56,845 nucleotides of DNA, from the NCBI GenBank assembly GCA_044236265.1, contig JBIIGV010000004.1:1-56845 (forward strand), given 5' to 3'. Made by a program: the position numbers and the translations under genes. The notes beneath the pieces were generated by a model that saw nothing but the letters and a program-made list of their open reading frames with translations, did not search any database and had not been told where the DNA came from. Below, one piece after another: positions 26,711 to 37,464 of the stretch. Source of the stretch: Oligoflexales bacterium. GTDB lineage: Bacteria > Bdellovibrionota_B > Oligoflexia > Oligoflexales > RGVZ01. Positions within the stretch are counted from its first letter, which is position 1. Each line of letters starts with the position of its first letter.

Positions 26711-27346
26711 TCACTGGACTATTGGAATGATCAACTCATGTCGCCGCATAAACCATGGCGTCCAGGGCGGATTATAACGAGCATACATAGGTGCGCTCGC
26801 GGGTTTTAAATTTCGCTCACGCATGAAGACCTGTAAACGTTCGGTATTTTTCTTGACCTTATCGTCACTGTTAAATCCACTGAATTTTAAAACAGCTGCT
26901 TTGTAGCCCGATACCTGCTTCAAACGCACACGCGAATCTTCAGGGGTGGGCAGGCTCTCCATGGTGTACGAGCTCGGCATGGTGAACGTAATAAGCCATT
27001 GATTGGCGCCACTTTCAGTGGGGGATGAAACCTGAGACACCGGTGCTGTCATGGCAATTTTTTGCGATGCACTGTCAGTCATGGATACGGGAGCGGTCAT
27101 GGCAATCTTATCTTTAGATTTATTTTTTCCAAATATATATCCCGCCAGTCGCCTGAACCCCTCATTAGGCGCATCGTAAAAATCTCCATCTACCGTCGTT
27201 TCGGCCACAATGGTTGGAGCGTATTGACGTATCTCGAAATCACCAGAACGCTCAATCAAATCAAATTTTGGCTCTTCAATCCGGCCCACCGCACACCCCA
27301 TCAACGAAAAAACAATAACCAAGCAAACGGAAAAAAACGGCTTCAT
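26711..27346 (-). CDS. SOUL heme-binding family lipoprotein
   Basis: LMGC lipobox, FEIRQY, GFRRLAGYIFG, KIAMTAPV (twice) and YNPPWTPWFMRRHE. Confidence 0.9.
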   Translation of the reverse strand: MKPFFSVCLVIVFSLMGCAVGRIEEPKFDLIERSGDFEIRQYAPTIVAETTVDGDFYDAPNEGFRRLAGYIFGKNKSKDKIAMTAPVSMTDSASQKIAMTAPVSQVSSPTESGANQWLITFTMPSSYTMESLPTPEDSRVRLKQVSGYKAAVLKFSGFNSDDKVKKNTERLQVFMRERNLKPASAPMYARYNPPWTPWFMRRHELIIPIVQ

Positions 27347-27394
27347 GATGAAAAACCCTCCATCAGCCACAGATCTTCGAGATTATTTTAATTC

Positions 27395-28930
27395 TTATTC
27401 TTCGAATGCGCCATCGACTTCGAATTCGTATCCCGATGCTTCCTTCACATCAAATTCTGGTAGTTGATCCGAAGTCCAGCTGAGTGGCTTATTTGATGCC
27501 GCATTAGGCTTACGGTTGCCCGGATCATACTGACGGGACATGCGTGCAATCTCTTCCTGCTTGCGCTTCTTTTGATCTTCCTTACTTCGGAAAATCATTC
27601 GAAGTGGCACATCCGTAAAGCCGAGATCTTCACGGAAACGATTGATCATATATCGTTTGTAGCCTTCCTGAATTTCGCGAGCCACATTTGAGAAGATGAG
27701 CAAAGTCGGTGGCGCTGTCCGCACCTGAGTGCCGTAGTAGAACTTGACGCGCTTACTGGTTTTGCGAATCAGGGCTGGAGTATGCTCATGAGCCATCTTA
27801 TGCAGAGACTGATTGACTGACCGGGTGTCGACACGGTGCTCATACTGAGCCACGACATTTTCGACTAGCTGCATGATCTGATGGATGCGCTGATTCTCAA
27901 GACATGACACATATAAAACTGGAACCCAAGATAAAAGCTTGAGCTTGTAGCGCAGAAACTCTGTGTATTCCTTCGCTGTATTAGAGGACTTATTTTCAAC
28001 CAAGTCCCACTTATTAACGATAATTGCCATCGCCTTATACTGCTCAGCCGCCATGGAGGCGATTCTTGCATCCTGATCGGTTAGCATTTGCGTCGCATCA
28101 AGAACCAACAAGACAACGTCAGCTCTTTCAATCGCCTGCATGCTGCGCATGACACTTAGGGACTCGACCTTATCGTTAATCCGACTTCTCCGGCGAATAC
28201 CCGCTGTATCGACCAAAACGTAGTTTTTATTGTTATAAACCAGAGGTGTGTCAATCGAGTCGCGAGTTGTGCCCGCCACCTCACTGACAAGACTTCGTTC
28301 TTCGCCAATGAGACGGTTCAAAATCGATGACTTACCGGCGTTTGGCCTTCCAACAAGCGCGATTCTCGTACCACGCATGTTCTGATACCGGCGATCCGCT
28401 CGCAAATCATCCATGGCGTTAAACTTCTGTTCGACCGCCTCTAGAAGTTCATCCATGCCGCGCATGTGTGCTGCCGATGTAACGATGAACTGATCCACGC
28501 CCAGGCTATAAAAATCGTAAACGCGATCTTCATGTTCTCGAATATCAACTTTGTTGACGACATAAAGAACGGGCTTCTCTTTTTTGGCAAGATGCCTCAC
28601 GAGCTCTTCGTCGTGAGGATGTACGCCGGATTTTCCATCTAGGACAAGAACGACTAGATCCGCCTCATCAATCGCGGTTTCTGTCTGCTGCCAAACGATA
28701 TTTTCTGTGAATGGCTGGTAGTAAAGATCTTCCGTTTCAAAACCGCCTGTATCGATCACCATGCAGCCATGCTCTTCCATGTCATCGAAATATACGGTCC
28801 CGTAAAGACGATCCCTTGTGACACCCGGGCGGTCATCGACAAGTGCGTTACGCGTTCTGGTTAGCGCATTAAACAGCGTCGACTTACCAACGTTTGGGCG
28901 TCCAACAATAGCGATCGTGCCTTTGATCAT
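27395..28930 (-). CDS. der: Ribosome biogenesis GTPase Der (EngA)
   Basis: Two G domains (GRPNVGKS/DTGG/NKVD and GRPNAGKS/DTAG/NKWD) plus KH-like domain. The start overlaps the rnc stop (ATGA). Confidence 0.96.
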   Translation of the reverse strand: MIKGTIAIVGRPNVGKSTLFNALTRTRNALVDDRPGVTRDRLYGTVYFDDMEEHGCMVIDTGGFETEDLYYQPFTENIVWQQTETAIDEADLVVLVLDGKSGVHPHDEELVRHLAKKEKPVLYVVNKVDIREHEDRVYDFYSLGVDQFIVTSAAHMRGMDELLEAVEQKFNAMDDLRADRRYQNMRGTRIALVGRPNAGKSSILNRLIGEERSLVSEVAGTTRDSIDTPLVYNNKNYVLVDTAGIRRRSRINDKVESLSVMRSMQAIERADVVLLVLDATQMLTDQDARIASMAAEQYKAMAIIVNKWDLVENKSSNTAKEYTEFLRYKLKLLSWVPVLYVSCLENQRIHQIMQLVENVVAQYEHRVDTRSVNQSLHKMAHEHTPALIRKTSKRVKFYYGTQVRTAPPTLLIFSNVAREIQEGYKRYMINRFREDLGFTDVPLRMIFRSKEDQKKRKQEEIARMSRQYDPGNRKPNAASNKPLSWTSDQLPEFDVKEASGYEFEVDGAFEE

Positions 28931-29673
28931 GGCGATAACTCCTTCATGCGACTCAAAGCTGACCTGGCTGCAAGTTGGGCGGCTTCCTTCTTGCTTGCCC
29001 CCCAGGCGCGCCCCCACTCTTCATCTCCAAGACGGGCAATCACCTCAAATGCTTTTTGATGAGCAGGACCTTTTTCCGATATGACTGCGTAGGTCGGGGT
29101 AACGCGGAGCTTTTCTTGAGCCAACTCCTGAAACGCTGTTTTTGCGTCCCCATCTAGAAATCGACGAGGATTGCCTGTCAGCTCATCACTCAAAAGAGAC
29201 TGGACGACCCGACGGGCAGCCTCCCAACCACCATCAGTAAACACAGCACCAAGAACAGCTTCGAGAGCGTCGGCTAATAAACTAGTCTTCTCACGTCCAC
29301 CCGATGCAAGTTCACTTGGACCTAAAACTAGAGCCGAAGATATATCCAATTTTTCACGCGCAATACGCGCTAAGTTTGCTTCACAGACTACCGCTGCGCG
29401 AATGCGAGACATTTCGCCTTCGCTCAAAGCACCATCTGCAGCTAACAAGCATTCGCTCACCACCAAGCTGATGACAGAGTCTCCAAGAAACTCCAATCGC
29501 TCGTTCCAAGGGCGATGCTGAAGAGCATTTGTGGTTAGCTCATCAAGTCCGACGAACGCAGAGCGGTGGGTCAACGATTCGTACAACGCATCACGCTTGG
29601 CAAATTTGTAGCCAAGTCTGGCCTCCACATCTGCAGCGCCACTGTAACGAGACGGTTGAATCTTCCAAAGCAC
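28927..29673 (-). CDS. rnc: Ribonuclease III
   Basis: LTHRS, NERLEFLGDSV, LADALEAVLGAVFTDGG and dsRBD (GPAH...GASKKEAAQ). Confidence 0.96.
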   Translation of the reverse strand: MLWKIQPSRYSGAADVEARLGYKFAKRDALYESLTHRSAFVGLDELTTNALQHRPWNERLEFLGDSVISLVVSECLLAADGALSEGEMSRIRAAVVCEANLARIAREKLDISSALVLGPSELASGGREKTSLLADALEAVLGAVFTDGGWEAARRVVQSLLSDELTGNPRRFLDGDAKTAFQELAQEKLRVTPTYAVISEKGPAHQKAFEVIARLGDEEWGRAWGASKKEAAQLAARSALSRMKELSP

Positions 29674-29936
29674 GAACCACGCCCTTTCAAAATCCCGGCG
29701 ATGCCACAGGGAGCGTCGCCAAGCCTACTTATTGAACACATTCCAACCGCCTTCCTATATAATCTTTATAAATTAAAATCAATGTTAATATTTTTAAAGA
29801 ATATTAAATAATTTCAGTAAATTAGCCTCATGTTAGAACCGACTCCTGGATCCCCAGCTGCGACCCATTCCAAGCCGCAACTCTTGCCGTGGTATATTAG
29901 ACAGTTAGACCCCCACAGAGATTGCGGAGGAGCAGC

Positions 29937-30992
29937 ATGAAAGCCTTTTTTAAGTTCCTGCTCATAGTAGCGCTTTTCGGATTTGGCGCCGTCGTTGCCG
30001 GTTTTCAGTACCTGAGTTCGTGGCAGTCTGAGCCTGTAAAACTAGGCGGTGATGTCGTCGTTGAACTTAAGCCCGGCATGCCGCTCAGACTACTCTCGCA
30101 ACAACTCGAAGATAAGAATGCCATCACGAGCTCAGACCTCTTTGTCGTGTGGATGAAATTGAACCGCGATTATCCCAAGCTTCAGGCTGGGACGTATCAA
30201 TTCAAGGGAGAGATTTCGCCTGAGGCCATTGTCGATAAAATGAAACGCGGTGACATTTATGTACCGTTGGTTCTGCAAGTGATCATTCCCGAAGGCTTCA
30301 CCTTACAGATGTTAAATAATCGCTTAACGACCAAAGGTGTGGGCAAACTTAAAGATCTACAGCGGCTGGTTCGAGACAAAACTTTCATTCGTAGTCTCGG
30401 TATCAAATCGACAAGTCTCGAGGGCTACACTTACCCAGCGACCTATTCATTCGAAAAGCTTCCTTCGGCAGAGGAATTTTACCGGAAAACTGTGAAAACG
30501 TTTTTTGAGAAAATACCACCGGACTACGAGACTCAGTTGACAAAGGTCGGACTTACTTTGAATCAAGCCGTGACATTCGCCTCGCTGATTGAACTAGAAA
30601 CTATGCGCGACGAGGAAAAACCCATCATTGCAGAGGTCATTTGGTCACGATTGAAAAAAGGCGACGTTCTTGGAATAGATGCGGCTGTCATCTATGGTAT
30701 TGACAATTATGACGGCGACATCAGGTGGAAGGATCTCAAAAATAAAAATAATCCATACAACACCCGTATTCATCGCGGGTTACCGCCCACCGCCATTGGC
30801 GCCGTTTCTCGCTCGAGTCTCGAGGCAGTTCTGAACCCCACAAATCTGGGTTATTATTATTATGTGTTGGATAGCGCTGACCAGACGCGCCATGCGTTCT
30901 CCAAATCTTTGGGCGAACACAATGCGCTGGTCAAAAAGCTGTTACAGGCGGGCGGGGTTAATCGCTTAAAACGCCCGCAGGCATCAGAGTAA
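29937..30992 (+). CDS. mltG: Endolytic transglycosylase MltG
   Basis: N-terminal TM helix, LQAGTY, IPEGF, LEGYTYPATY, ASLIELE and YNTRIHRGLPPTAI; SD GGAGGAG. Confidence 0.92.
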   Translation: MKAFFKFLLIVALFGFGAVVAGFQYLSSWQSEPVKLGGDVVVELKPGMPLRLLSQQLEDKNAITSSDLFVVWMKLNRDYPKLQAGTYQFKGEISPEAIVDKMKRGDIYVPLVLQVIIPEGFTLQMLNNRLTTKGVGKLKDLQRLVRDKTFIRSLGIKSTSLEGYTYPATYSFEKLPSAEEFYRKTVKTFFEKIPPDYETQLTKVGLTLNQAVTFASLIELETMRDEEKPIIAEVIWSRLKKGDVLGIDAAVIYGIDNYDGDIRWKDLKNKNNPYNTRIHRGLPPTAIGAVSRSSLEAVLNPTNLGYYYYVLDSADQTRHAFSKSLGEHNALVKKLLQAGGVNRLKRPQASE

Positions 30993-31026
30993 GATTTTAT
31001 CAAGCCCATAGTAGTCAGGAGAAATC

Positions 31027-31476
31027 ATGAGCAAGAAATCATCGAAGGCCCGTTCAAAAAATAATGAAACGGCTCCTGAAAACGAAAATAAAAACTCTTC
31101 AAGCTCCGCCTCAGATCGCAACGACCACAGGGTCCCCATTCAACTTTTGGTGGACTATAAGGCCGAAGGCCATTACCTGTTCGACTTCTGCCGAGACCTC
31201 GGCACGGGTGGCGTTTTTATTGAGACGAAAAGCCCACTAAGCTCTGGATCAGAGATTGAATTGACCTTCACAATTCCTGACAGCAAGGAAACGCTACGAA
31301 CCAAGGGACGAGTCATCTGGAGTCAGGCTCCGATTGCGAATCGCTCGGATGTTAACGTTGGTATGGGGATTCAATTCACCCAGTTTAGTGATAGTCAGCG
31401 TAAAATTTTGGATGACTTTATTCGGCGCTATGGCGGCAAGAATAGTGGCGCTGCGTCTCAAAGACGTGCCGGCTAA
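31027..31476 (+). CDS. PilZ-domain protein (TIGR02266-like)
   Basis: RNDHR (RxxxR), DLGTGGVFI (D/NxSxxG variant) and GMGIQF. Confidence 0.85.
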   Translation: MSKKSSKARSKNNETAPENENKNSSSSASDRNDHRVPIQLLVDYKAEGHYLFDFCRDLGTGGVFIETKSPLSSGSEIELTFTIPDSKETLRTKGRVIWSQAPIANRSDVNVGMGIQFTQFSDSQRKILDDFIRRYGGKNSGAASQRRAG

Positions 31477-32862
31477 TCAGGCAACCGCAGAATCGGCTTT
31501 TTTTGATTTCGATGATTTATCTGACGAGCGCGCACTTTGCGCGCTTTCTTTTTTGGATAGAAGAACGAGCATCATATCCTGCTTACTCAAGAAATGTGCT
31601 GACGCTGAAAACTGATGGCTCTCACCGAGTCCCTGTACCGAATGACTGACATTGCGCACCGGCGGCCAGTGCCCCCTATCTCGAAGATCGGCAAATGCCT
31701 TACCAAGCAATCCATCATCAGTCTCACTACACACATCGCCATAACTTCGCCCGACAAACTCTGATGGTTCCTGGCCTGTAACACCTGCCAGCACTCGACT
31801 TGCAGCGAAGTATTTCATGTCAGGCGTGATAACAAACGCAAAACCAGGAAACGATTCAACGAGAATCCTGATGTTTTCCTTAGAAAGACCCGCTAATCCA
31901 TCGAAACGTCTGGTCTTGCTTCGACTTTTCAAGTCGCTGCGACGAAGCAACCACCATCCAATCAAACCTGCGAACAGGGATGTGCCAAAAAAGTTTCTAT
32001 AGTAGTCACTTGAGGTCAAATAACCAGGGAGAGAACAAGGTGTCTGCACCATCAGGGCTGGGCGCTTTAAAAGATCATCGATGACGGAAAACACAAAGCC
32101 GTGGTTTCCCTTGAGAGAAAATGACCAGCCTCTGTTTTGAATTGCAGCCACCATACTCTGCTTGGCAAGATCACCGAGGGAGACATCGTCACCAAGCCTG
32201 AAGGTTCGGAAGTCTTCGGCATTGGGAATATCTCCCAAATAAGAATCACGAAGTTTTGCCTCGTCAACTTTTAGGCGCCCAAAATCATAGGGACGAGCTA
32301 TGAGAAGAAACTTCGTCCCCTTCTCTGTTTTTATCTCGCGAATAGCCGTCACAAAAGATCGGCTACCGAAGTCGATGACACCAGATATCACCTTGTCATC
32401 TCTAACCGCATCAAAAAATCCAGAATCAACCGGGACCAGATCCGCTGCCTCACTTTGATTGATCGAAGAATATCCGCCAGATCCGGGTAGCCGCCTGATG
32501 GCATCGACTACTTTCCGATCCTGGTCGAAAAGCATAATCACATCCAGAGAACTGGCACTGAAGAAATCGCGATTAATAGTTATAGATCCCGCGCGGCCTG
32601 CTTTCGACCATGCACCAGTCATAAAAAAATTGATCTCTTGATTCAAATTTTCGAGAACGGCCTCGTGCCGCGCCCTCACTGCAACGTCAATTGAGGCGGC
32701 AGTCGACTCGGATGCTCCACCAACAAGGGATTTGTAGAAGAAAAGACCCGGAACCAGCACCACCAAAAACACGCAAACGCCAAAAGCCACAAACTTGGCT
32801 TCCCTTAGCGCATCCAGATGAATTGTTCCCTCGGATATTCGCACTCCGCTCCCCCTCCACAA
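31477..32862 (-). CDS. Membrane sensor: TM, periplasmic CHASE4-like domain, TM, PAS; no output domain
   Basis: Two TM segments, LDVIMLFDQDRKVV, and PAS-like LVESFPGFAFVITPD...VTGQEPSEFVGRS ending near the stop. Confidence 0.55.
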   Translation of the reverse strand: MWRGSGVRISEGTIHLDALREAKFVAFGVCVFLVVLVPGLFFYKSLVGGASESTAASIDVAVRARHEAVLENLNQEINFFMTGAWSKAGRAGSITINRDFFSASSLDVIMLFDQDRKVVDAIRRLPGSGGYSSINQSEAADLVPVDSGFFDAVRDDKVISGVIDFGSRSFVTAIREIKTEKGTKFLLIARPYDFGRLKVDEAKLRDSYLGDIPNAEDFRTFRLGDDVSLGDLAKQSMVAAIQNRGWSFSLKGNHGFVFSVIDDLLKRPALMVQTPCSLPGYLTSSDYYRNFFGTSLFAGLIGWWLLRRSDLKSRSKTRRFDGLAGLSKENIRILVESFPGFAFVITPDMKYFAASRVLAGVTGQEPSEFVGRSYGDVCSETDDGLLGKAFADLRDRGHWPPVRNVSHSVQGLGESHQFSASAHFLSKQDMMLVLLSKKESAQSARSSDKSSKSKKADSAVA

Positions 32863-33010
32863 GGCTTAGATCGGCCCGTGCATAAATAATCTGAGACGCC
32901 GAATTTGGTGTTTTGACAAATTGGGGTGTCACGCCTAGGAAAAGGCGACTGTTAATGGCACAATAGTAGTGTTTTCGACGGGAAATCATACGAGAGAAAG
33001 GATCTTGGTC

Positions 33011-34759
33011 ATGAGCGAGTCTTTGGAAAACACCAGTTTTATGCGTTCTTTATGTATGGGACGTATCGAAGAGTCACTTTTGTTTCCATTTCCAAAAATG
33101 AAGAAAGAGGAACAGGAAACACTACGAACCCTAGTTCAATCATTTCAGCAATGGCTTGGATCCCGAGACAAGGAATTTCGTAAATGGGATCACGAGGGAG
33201 AACTTCCAAAGAGCTTCGTTGAAGAAATGAAAGAGTTTGGCCTCTTCAGCCTGATCATTCCGGAGGAATTCGGTGGCTTAGGCTTAAGTGCCACCGGTTA
33301 CTCGCGTGTTCTTCAAGAACTGACAAAGTACGACGGCAGCGTTGTTCTCACTGCCGGTGCCCACAGCTCAATTGGCATGAGAGGCTTGGTGTTGTATGGC
33401 AATGATGCTCAAAAGAAAAAATATCTCCCAAAATTAGCAACTGGTGAAATGATCGCGGCATTCTGTTTGACTGAAGCAAATGCTGGATCAGACGCAGCCA
33501 GCTTGAAAACAAAAGCAGTCAAAGATGGGGACAATTGGATTTTGAACGGTGAGAAAATCTGGATCACCAACGGCGGTATCGCAGACTTTTTCACCGTCTT
33601 TGCACGCACTGAAAGTAACGAAACAGGCGGCAAGGCAAAAATCACAGCCTTTATCGTCACAAAAGATATGGCAGGAGTCAGCAGTGGGCCCCATGAAGAC
33701 AAAATGGGAATACGCGCCAGCAGTACGACGACCATCAGTTTTGTTAACGTAAAAGTTCCCAATGAAAATGTACTTGGCGAGGTTGGCAACGGCTTCAAGG
33801 TTGCCATGAACATTCTCAATAGTGGCCGAACAGGCTTGGGCGGCGGCTGCGTCGGGGCCATGAAGTTTTTAATCGAGCAATCCACCAAACAGGCAAAGCA
33901 ACGAAAGCAATTCGAGCAACCAATCGCCAACTTTGGATTGATCAAGCAGAAAATTGGCAAAATGGTCGTTAACGCCTATGCAACTGAGTCTTGCGTAAAC
34001 ATGGTTGCTGGGCTTGTGGACCGTGGACACAAGGACTACGCCGTTGAGGCAGCTATCTCCAAAATATTTGCATCTGAGGCACTTTGGGATAGCGTTGATG
34101 AGGCCCTTCAGATCGCTGGTGGTAACGGCTACATGCGTGAGTTCCCTTACGAGCGCATGATGCGCAATGCGCGCATTAACCGGATCTTTGAGGGTACAAA
34201 CGAAATTCTTCGTCTGTTTGTCGCACTCACAGCCATGAATGACGTTGGTGCAAGTTTAAAAGAGCTCGCCTCTGCCCTAGGTAATGCACTGCATGACCCG
34301 ATTAAGGGATTCGGCATTATGAGCGATTATGCAAAGCGACGCGTGACTCAGGTTACCGGTATCGGAACCGTGGAGATGACTAAGTGCCACCCGGCCATCG
34401 CGGAGCAGGCGCGGCTCTTTGAGGAACTAACAAGAAAACTCGCATCTGCAACAGATACAATCCTGCGCAAACACGGCAAGAACATCATGAACAAGCAGTT
34501 CGCCACCAGGCGTCTGGCCGACATCATGATTGACCTCTACGTGATGGCCTGTGTCATGAGTCGCGTGTCGATGTCGATAGAGGAAAATGGGGTTGCAAAA
34601 TGCACCCAAGAAATTGAAATTCTTGAGATTTTCTCGAAAGACGCCAAACGTCGGATTCAGCAGAATCTAGACCAAATCGACAATAACAGCGATGAACTGA
34701 TTAAATCACTAGCTGATCATGCATTTGACCAGGAAAAGTACAGCTGGGATAACATTTAA
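33011..34759 (+). CDS. Acyl-CoA dehydrogenase (ACAD9/VLCAD-like)
   Basis: IPEEFGGLG, AFCLTEANAGSD, LNGEKIWITNG, KMGIRAS, QIAGGNGYM and RIFEGTNEI. Confidence 0.95.
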   Translation: MSESLENTSFMRSLCMGRIEESLLFPFPKMKKEEQETLRTLVQSFQQWLGSRDKEFRKWDHEGELPKSFVEEMKEFGLFSLIIPEEFGGLGLSATGYSRVLQELTKYDGSVVLTAGAHSSIGMRGLVLYGNDAQKKKYLPKLATGEMIAAFCLTEANAGSDAASLKTKAVKDGDNWILNGEKIWITNGGIADFFTVFARTESNETGGKAKITAFIVTKDMAGVSSGPHEDKMGIRASSTTTISFVNVKVPNENVLGEVGNGFKVAMNILNSGRTGLGGGCVGAMKFLIEQSTKQAKQRKQFEQPIANFGLIKQKIGKMVVNAYATESCVNMVAGLVDRGHKDYAVEAAISKIFASEALWDSVDEALQIAGGNGYMREFPYERMMRNARINRIFEGTNEILRLFVALTAMNDVGASLKELASALGNALHDPIKGFGIMSDYAKRRVTQVTGIGTVEMTKCHPAIAEQARLFEELTRKLASATDTILRKHGKNIMNKQFATRRLADIMIDLYVMACVMSRVSMSIEENGVAKCTQEIEILEIFSKDAKRRIQQNLDQIDNNSDELIKSLADHAFDQEKYSWDNI

Positions 34760-34836
34760 TCGTGTTGCCGCTGACAGGCCATCTACGGTAAAACTATGAA
34801 AGCAAAAACCGGTAGTTGACTAAAGAGGCGCAATAA

Positions 34837-35253
34837 ATGTTTGTCGTATGGAAACGTCCAGATGGATTTCTAGGCGCTGACCCCGCTGATTATAAAGTTG
34901 TAGATATTGGTGGCCATGCTCGCATCTGGCTGCACAAGAAAGACGTAGACTGGTTCCCTTTCCGCATCTCTGGTGGCTGGCAAGAACAAGAGGCCACTCA
35001 GCGACTTAATAGGCTCGTGAACCTGATCGGTAAACCCAGCGCCAGTTGGGTCAAACATCTCGTTAACGAATTTCACCATTCAATGTCTGATGACGGCAAA
35101 AAGTTTTTTTCAGAGACAGTCACCTGGCTTGAATCTCTTCTGTCGAATCTGAAGGGTGACACCTGGGAAGTTGAAATCATGTCCCACGCAATCAATGAAG
35201 TTTGTAACCGCGTTAAGGACACTCAAGTTCCTTTCATGACGCAGGCTAAATAG
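34837..35253 (+). CDS. Hypothetical protein
   Basis: 138-aa ORF with SD-like GAGG that fits the gene spacing; Trp-rich. Confidence 0.7.
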   Translation: MFVVWKRPDGFLGADPADYKVVDIGGHARIWLHKKDVDWFPFRISGGWQEQEATQRLNRLVNLIGKPSASWVKHLVNEFHHSMSDDGKKFFSETVTWLESLLSNLKGDTWEVEIMSHAINEVCNRVKDTQVPFMTQAK

Positions 35254-35275
35254 CATCCTAATTGCCGGTGAAATA

Positions 35276-36025
35276 ATGAACAGTACTTGCAAAAACCTTG
35301 TTTGGCCTCTTTTTATTATCATTGCAGCATGTGGTTCGCGGCACGAGCAATCATCGCTGATGAACAAAGTTGATAAAACTACCAGACCTTTGGTCATCAG
35401 CATGAGCGGCTTTGCGTCTTGCAAGGCATCTCAGGCCCACGACGGCAAAGTGGGACCACTCGGCGGCAGAATGATGGCTCACGTTTTTGACCTTCAAAAA
35501 TTCATTGAAGAAAAAACCGGAGAAAAAACTGACATTATGGCCAGCTGTTTCACATCCGAACGACAGCTCATCACCAGCTCGTCGCTCAACAGCTGGGGTT
35601 TGGAAAATCCAACCGATGAGGAATACCTAGGACAGCTTCGACGAACAATGCCCGACTACTCGGACATTTACATTATCGGACACTCTTATGGCGGCTGGTT
35701 ATCCATGAAGCTCATGGCAGACTGGCACGGACCATCTGACCTGATCAAATCTCTATACACGATCGATCCGATCAGTAAGAAACTGTGCTTTTTTGACAAT
35801 CCAACGGACTGCGTGGCTGCTCCAAAAGACATCACCGCTCTTGAGCGTCAGCACATTAAAGACAGCACAAATCTATGGGTCAACCCATGGCAACAGAAAA
35901 CGATGTTTTTGCATTCATCTATTATCCCGCAGGCAGACGAGAATCCTCGCTTTGACATAAGCCACTGGGAAATTGACAACCTCAGCTCCATTTGGAGCGG
36001 GATGAAATCACGATTAACGTTTTAG
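35276..36025 (+). CDS. Alpha/beta-hydrolase lipoprotein
   Basis: IAAC lipobox, nucleophile elbow GHSYGG, LYTIDP and C-terminal SHWEID. Confidence 0.75.
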   Translation: MNSTCKNLVWPLFIIIAACGSRHEQSSLMNKVDKTTRPLVISMSGFASCKASQAHDGKVGPLGGRMMAHVFDLQKFIEEKTGEKTDIMASCFTSERQLITSSSLNSWGLENPTDEEYLGQLRRTMPDYSDIYIIGHSYGGWLSMKLMADWHGPSDLIKSLYTIDPISKKLCFFDNPTDCVAAPKDITALERQHIKDSTNLWVNPWQQKTMFLHSSIIPQADENPRFDISHWEIDNLSSIWSGMKSRLTF

Positions 36026-36043
36026 AATTGGGTCTTGATTAAA

Positions 36044-37411
36044 TTACTGTCCAAATGCCGCAGCCGTTTCGTCACCGTCCAGACGGTATTGTGCCAGCTT
36101 TTGATAAACTGATTTTGTCATGCGAACCTCGAATACTGCCAGGTCCTGGCGCTCGTAGCTGACATCCAAAATCATGCAAGTTCTGTAAACTAGAGAAACG
36201 CCATCACGATCAGATGCGGGTATAGCCAATTTACAACGAATAAAATTGGCAGCAAAAAATTGATACACATGTTCGCGTAGACGAATCATATCGTCCTGCT
36301 TGTAAGCCGATACGGCAATACTTCCTGGATACGCCTGCTTGAGAATTCGGCCCAGAAAGGGATCGTCGACGCGGTCCATTTTGTTGAACACATGAATCAC
36401 AGGTATATGAGCCGCACCAATTTCGGCCAACACAGTCTTGGTTGTCTCAAGCTGAGCGCGGTAGTTTTCGTGAGAAATATCGACGGCCACAAGCAGGAGA
36501 TCAGCCTCCAAAACTTCATCAAGAGTGGATTTAAACGATTCAATCAAAGTATGTGGAAGATTGCGAATAAATCCGACTGTGTCGCTCAGGAGAAGCTTTG
36601 GACGTGTATTGGGATCCAGCGTGCGAATATTTGAGTCTAAAGTTGCAAAGAGGGCATCTTTGGCAACAAAGTCTCCATTCGTCATAGAGTTCATGATCGT
36701 CGTCTTACCGCTATTGGTATAACCAACCAGTGCAACCTTCAGCTCGTTTCGGCGAGCCTTACGCTGAGTCTCGCGCTCTTTAGCAATCTGAACTAGCTGC
36801 TCTTTCAGCTTTGCAATCCGCTCGCGGGCACGACGGCGATCGACTTCAATTTGCTTTTCCCCGTCACTGCGACCCACAGCTCCGCCCCCGCCCTGACGGT
36901 GCAAGTGTGTCCACTGCCCGACCATTCGCGGCAACATCATCTCAAGACGAGCAATTTCAACTTGAGTCTTTGCAGCGTTGGTCTTTGCATTTTGTGAGAA
37001 TATTTCGAGAATGACGCCACTGCGGTCCATGACCTTGCACTTTGTCATCTCTTCAAGATTACGAACCTGTGGCGGTGACAACGGCCTATCAACAATGACA
37101 TAGGTCGCACCACGATCTCGGGCTAACTCCCGGATGGCTTCAACTTTTCCGGTGCCAATCAAACAGCTTGGAGTCAACTTGGGGCGCTTCTGAATGATGT
37201 GTCCGACCGTTACAATCCCTAGTGTCGTAAGCAAAGCTTCAAGTTCAGCTAGGTCATCTGAGAGAATTTTCGAATCTTCGTGGGGAAGCAATACACCCAC
37301 GATAACGGCCGACTTTACTGCGGTGAGCTTGACGTCTTGCTCTAATTTTGGGGCTGTTTGTCGGTACGTTTTAACTCGAGGTCTTATGGCATGCTCCCCT
37401 GGATAGTCCAT
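36044..37411 (-). CDS. hflX: GTPase HflX
   Basis: IGTGK, LSPPQVRNLE, ALVGYTNSGKTT, LFATLD, SDTVGFI and NKMD. Confidence 0.96.
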   Translation of the reverse strand: MDYPGEHAIRPRVKTYRQTAPKLEQDVKLTAVKSAVIVGVLLPHEDSKILSDDLAELEALLTTLGIVTVGHIIQKRPKLTPSCLIGTGKVEAIRELARDRGATYVIVDRPLSPPQVRNLEEMTKCKVMDRSGVILEIFSQNAKTNAAKTQVEIARLEMMLPRMVGQWTHLHRQGGGGAVGRSDGEKQIEVDRRRARERIAKLKEQLVQIAKERETQRKARRNELKVALVGYTNSGKTTIMNSMTNGDFVAKDALFATLDSNIRTLDPNTRPKLLLSDTVGFIRNLPHTLIESFKSTLDEVLEADLLLVAVDISHENYRAQLETTKTVLAEIGAAHIPVIHVFNKMDRVDDPFLGRILKQAYPGSIAVSAYKQDDMIRLREHVYQFFAANFIRCKLAIPASDRDGVSLVYRTCMILDVSYERQDLAVFEVRMTKSVYQKLAQYRLDGDETAAAFGQ

Positions 37412-37464
37412 TTACAGGTCATAACCATAAGTTTAACCAAAAAAGAGAATTGGTTATAGAAGAA

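Noticed and set aside
27040..27110. Duplicated KIAMTAPV in the SOUL protein
   Set aside because: Common in bacterial SOUL proteins.
29785..29807. AT-rich near-palindrome between rnc and mltG
   Set aside because: Low-complexity AT DNA produces such palindromes by chance.
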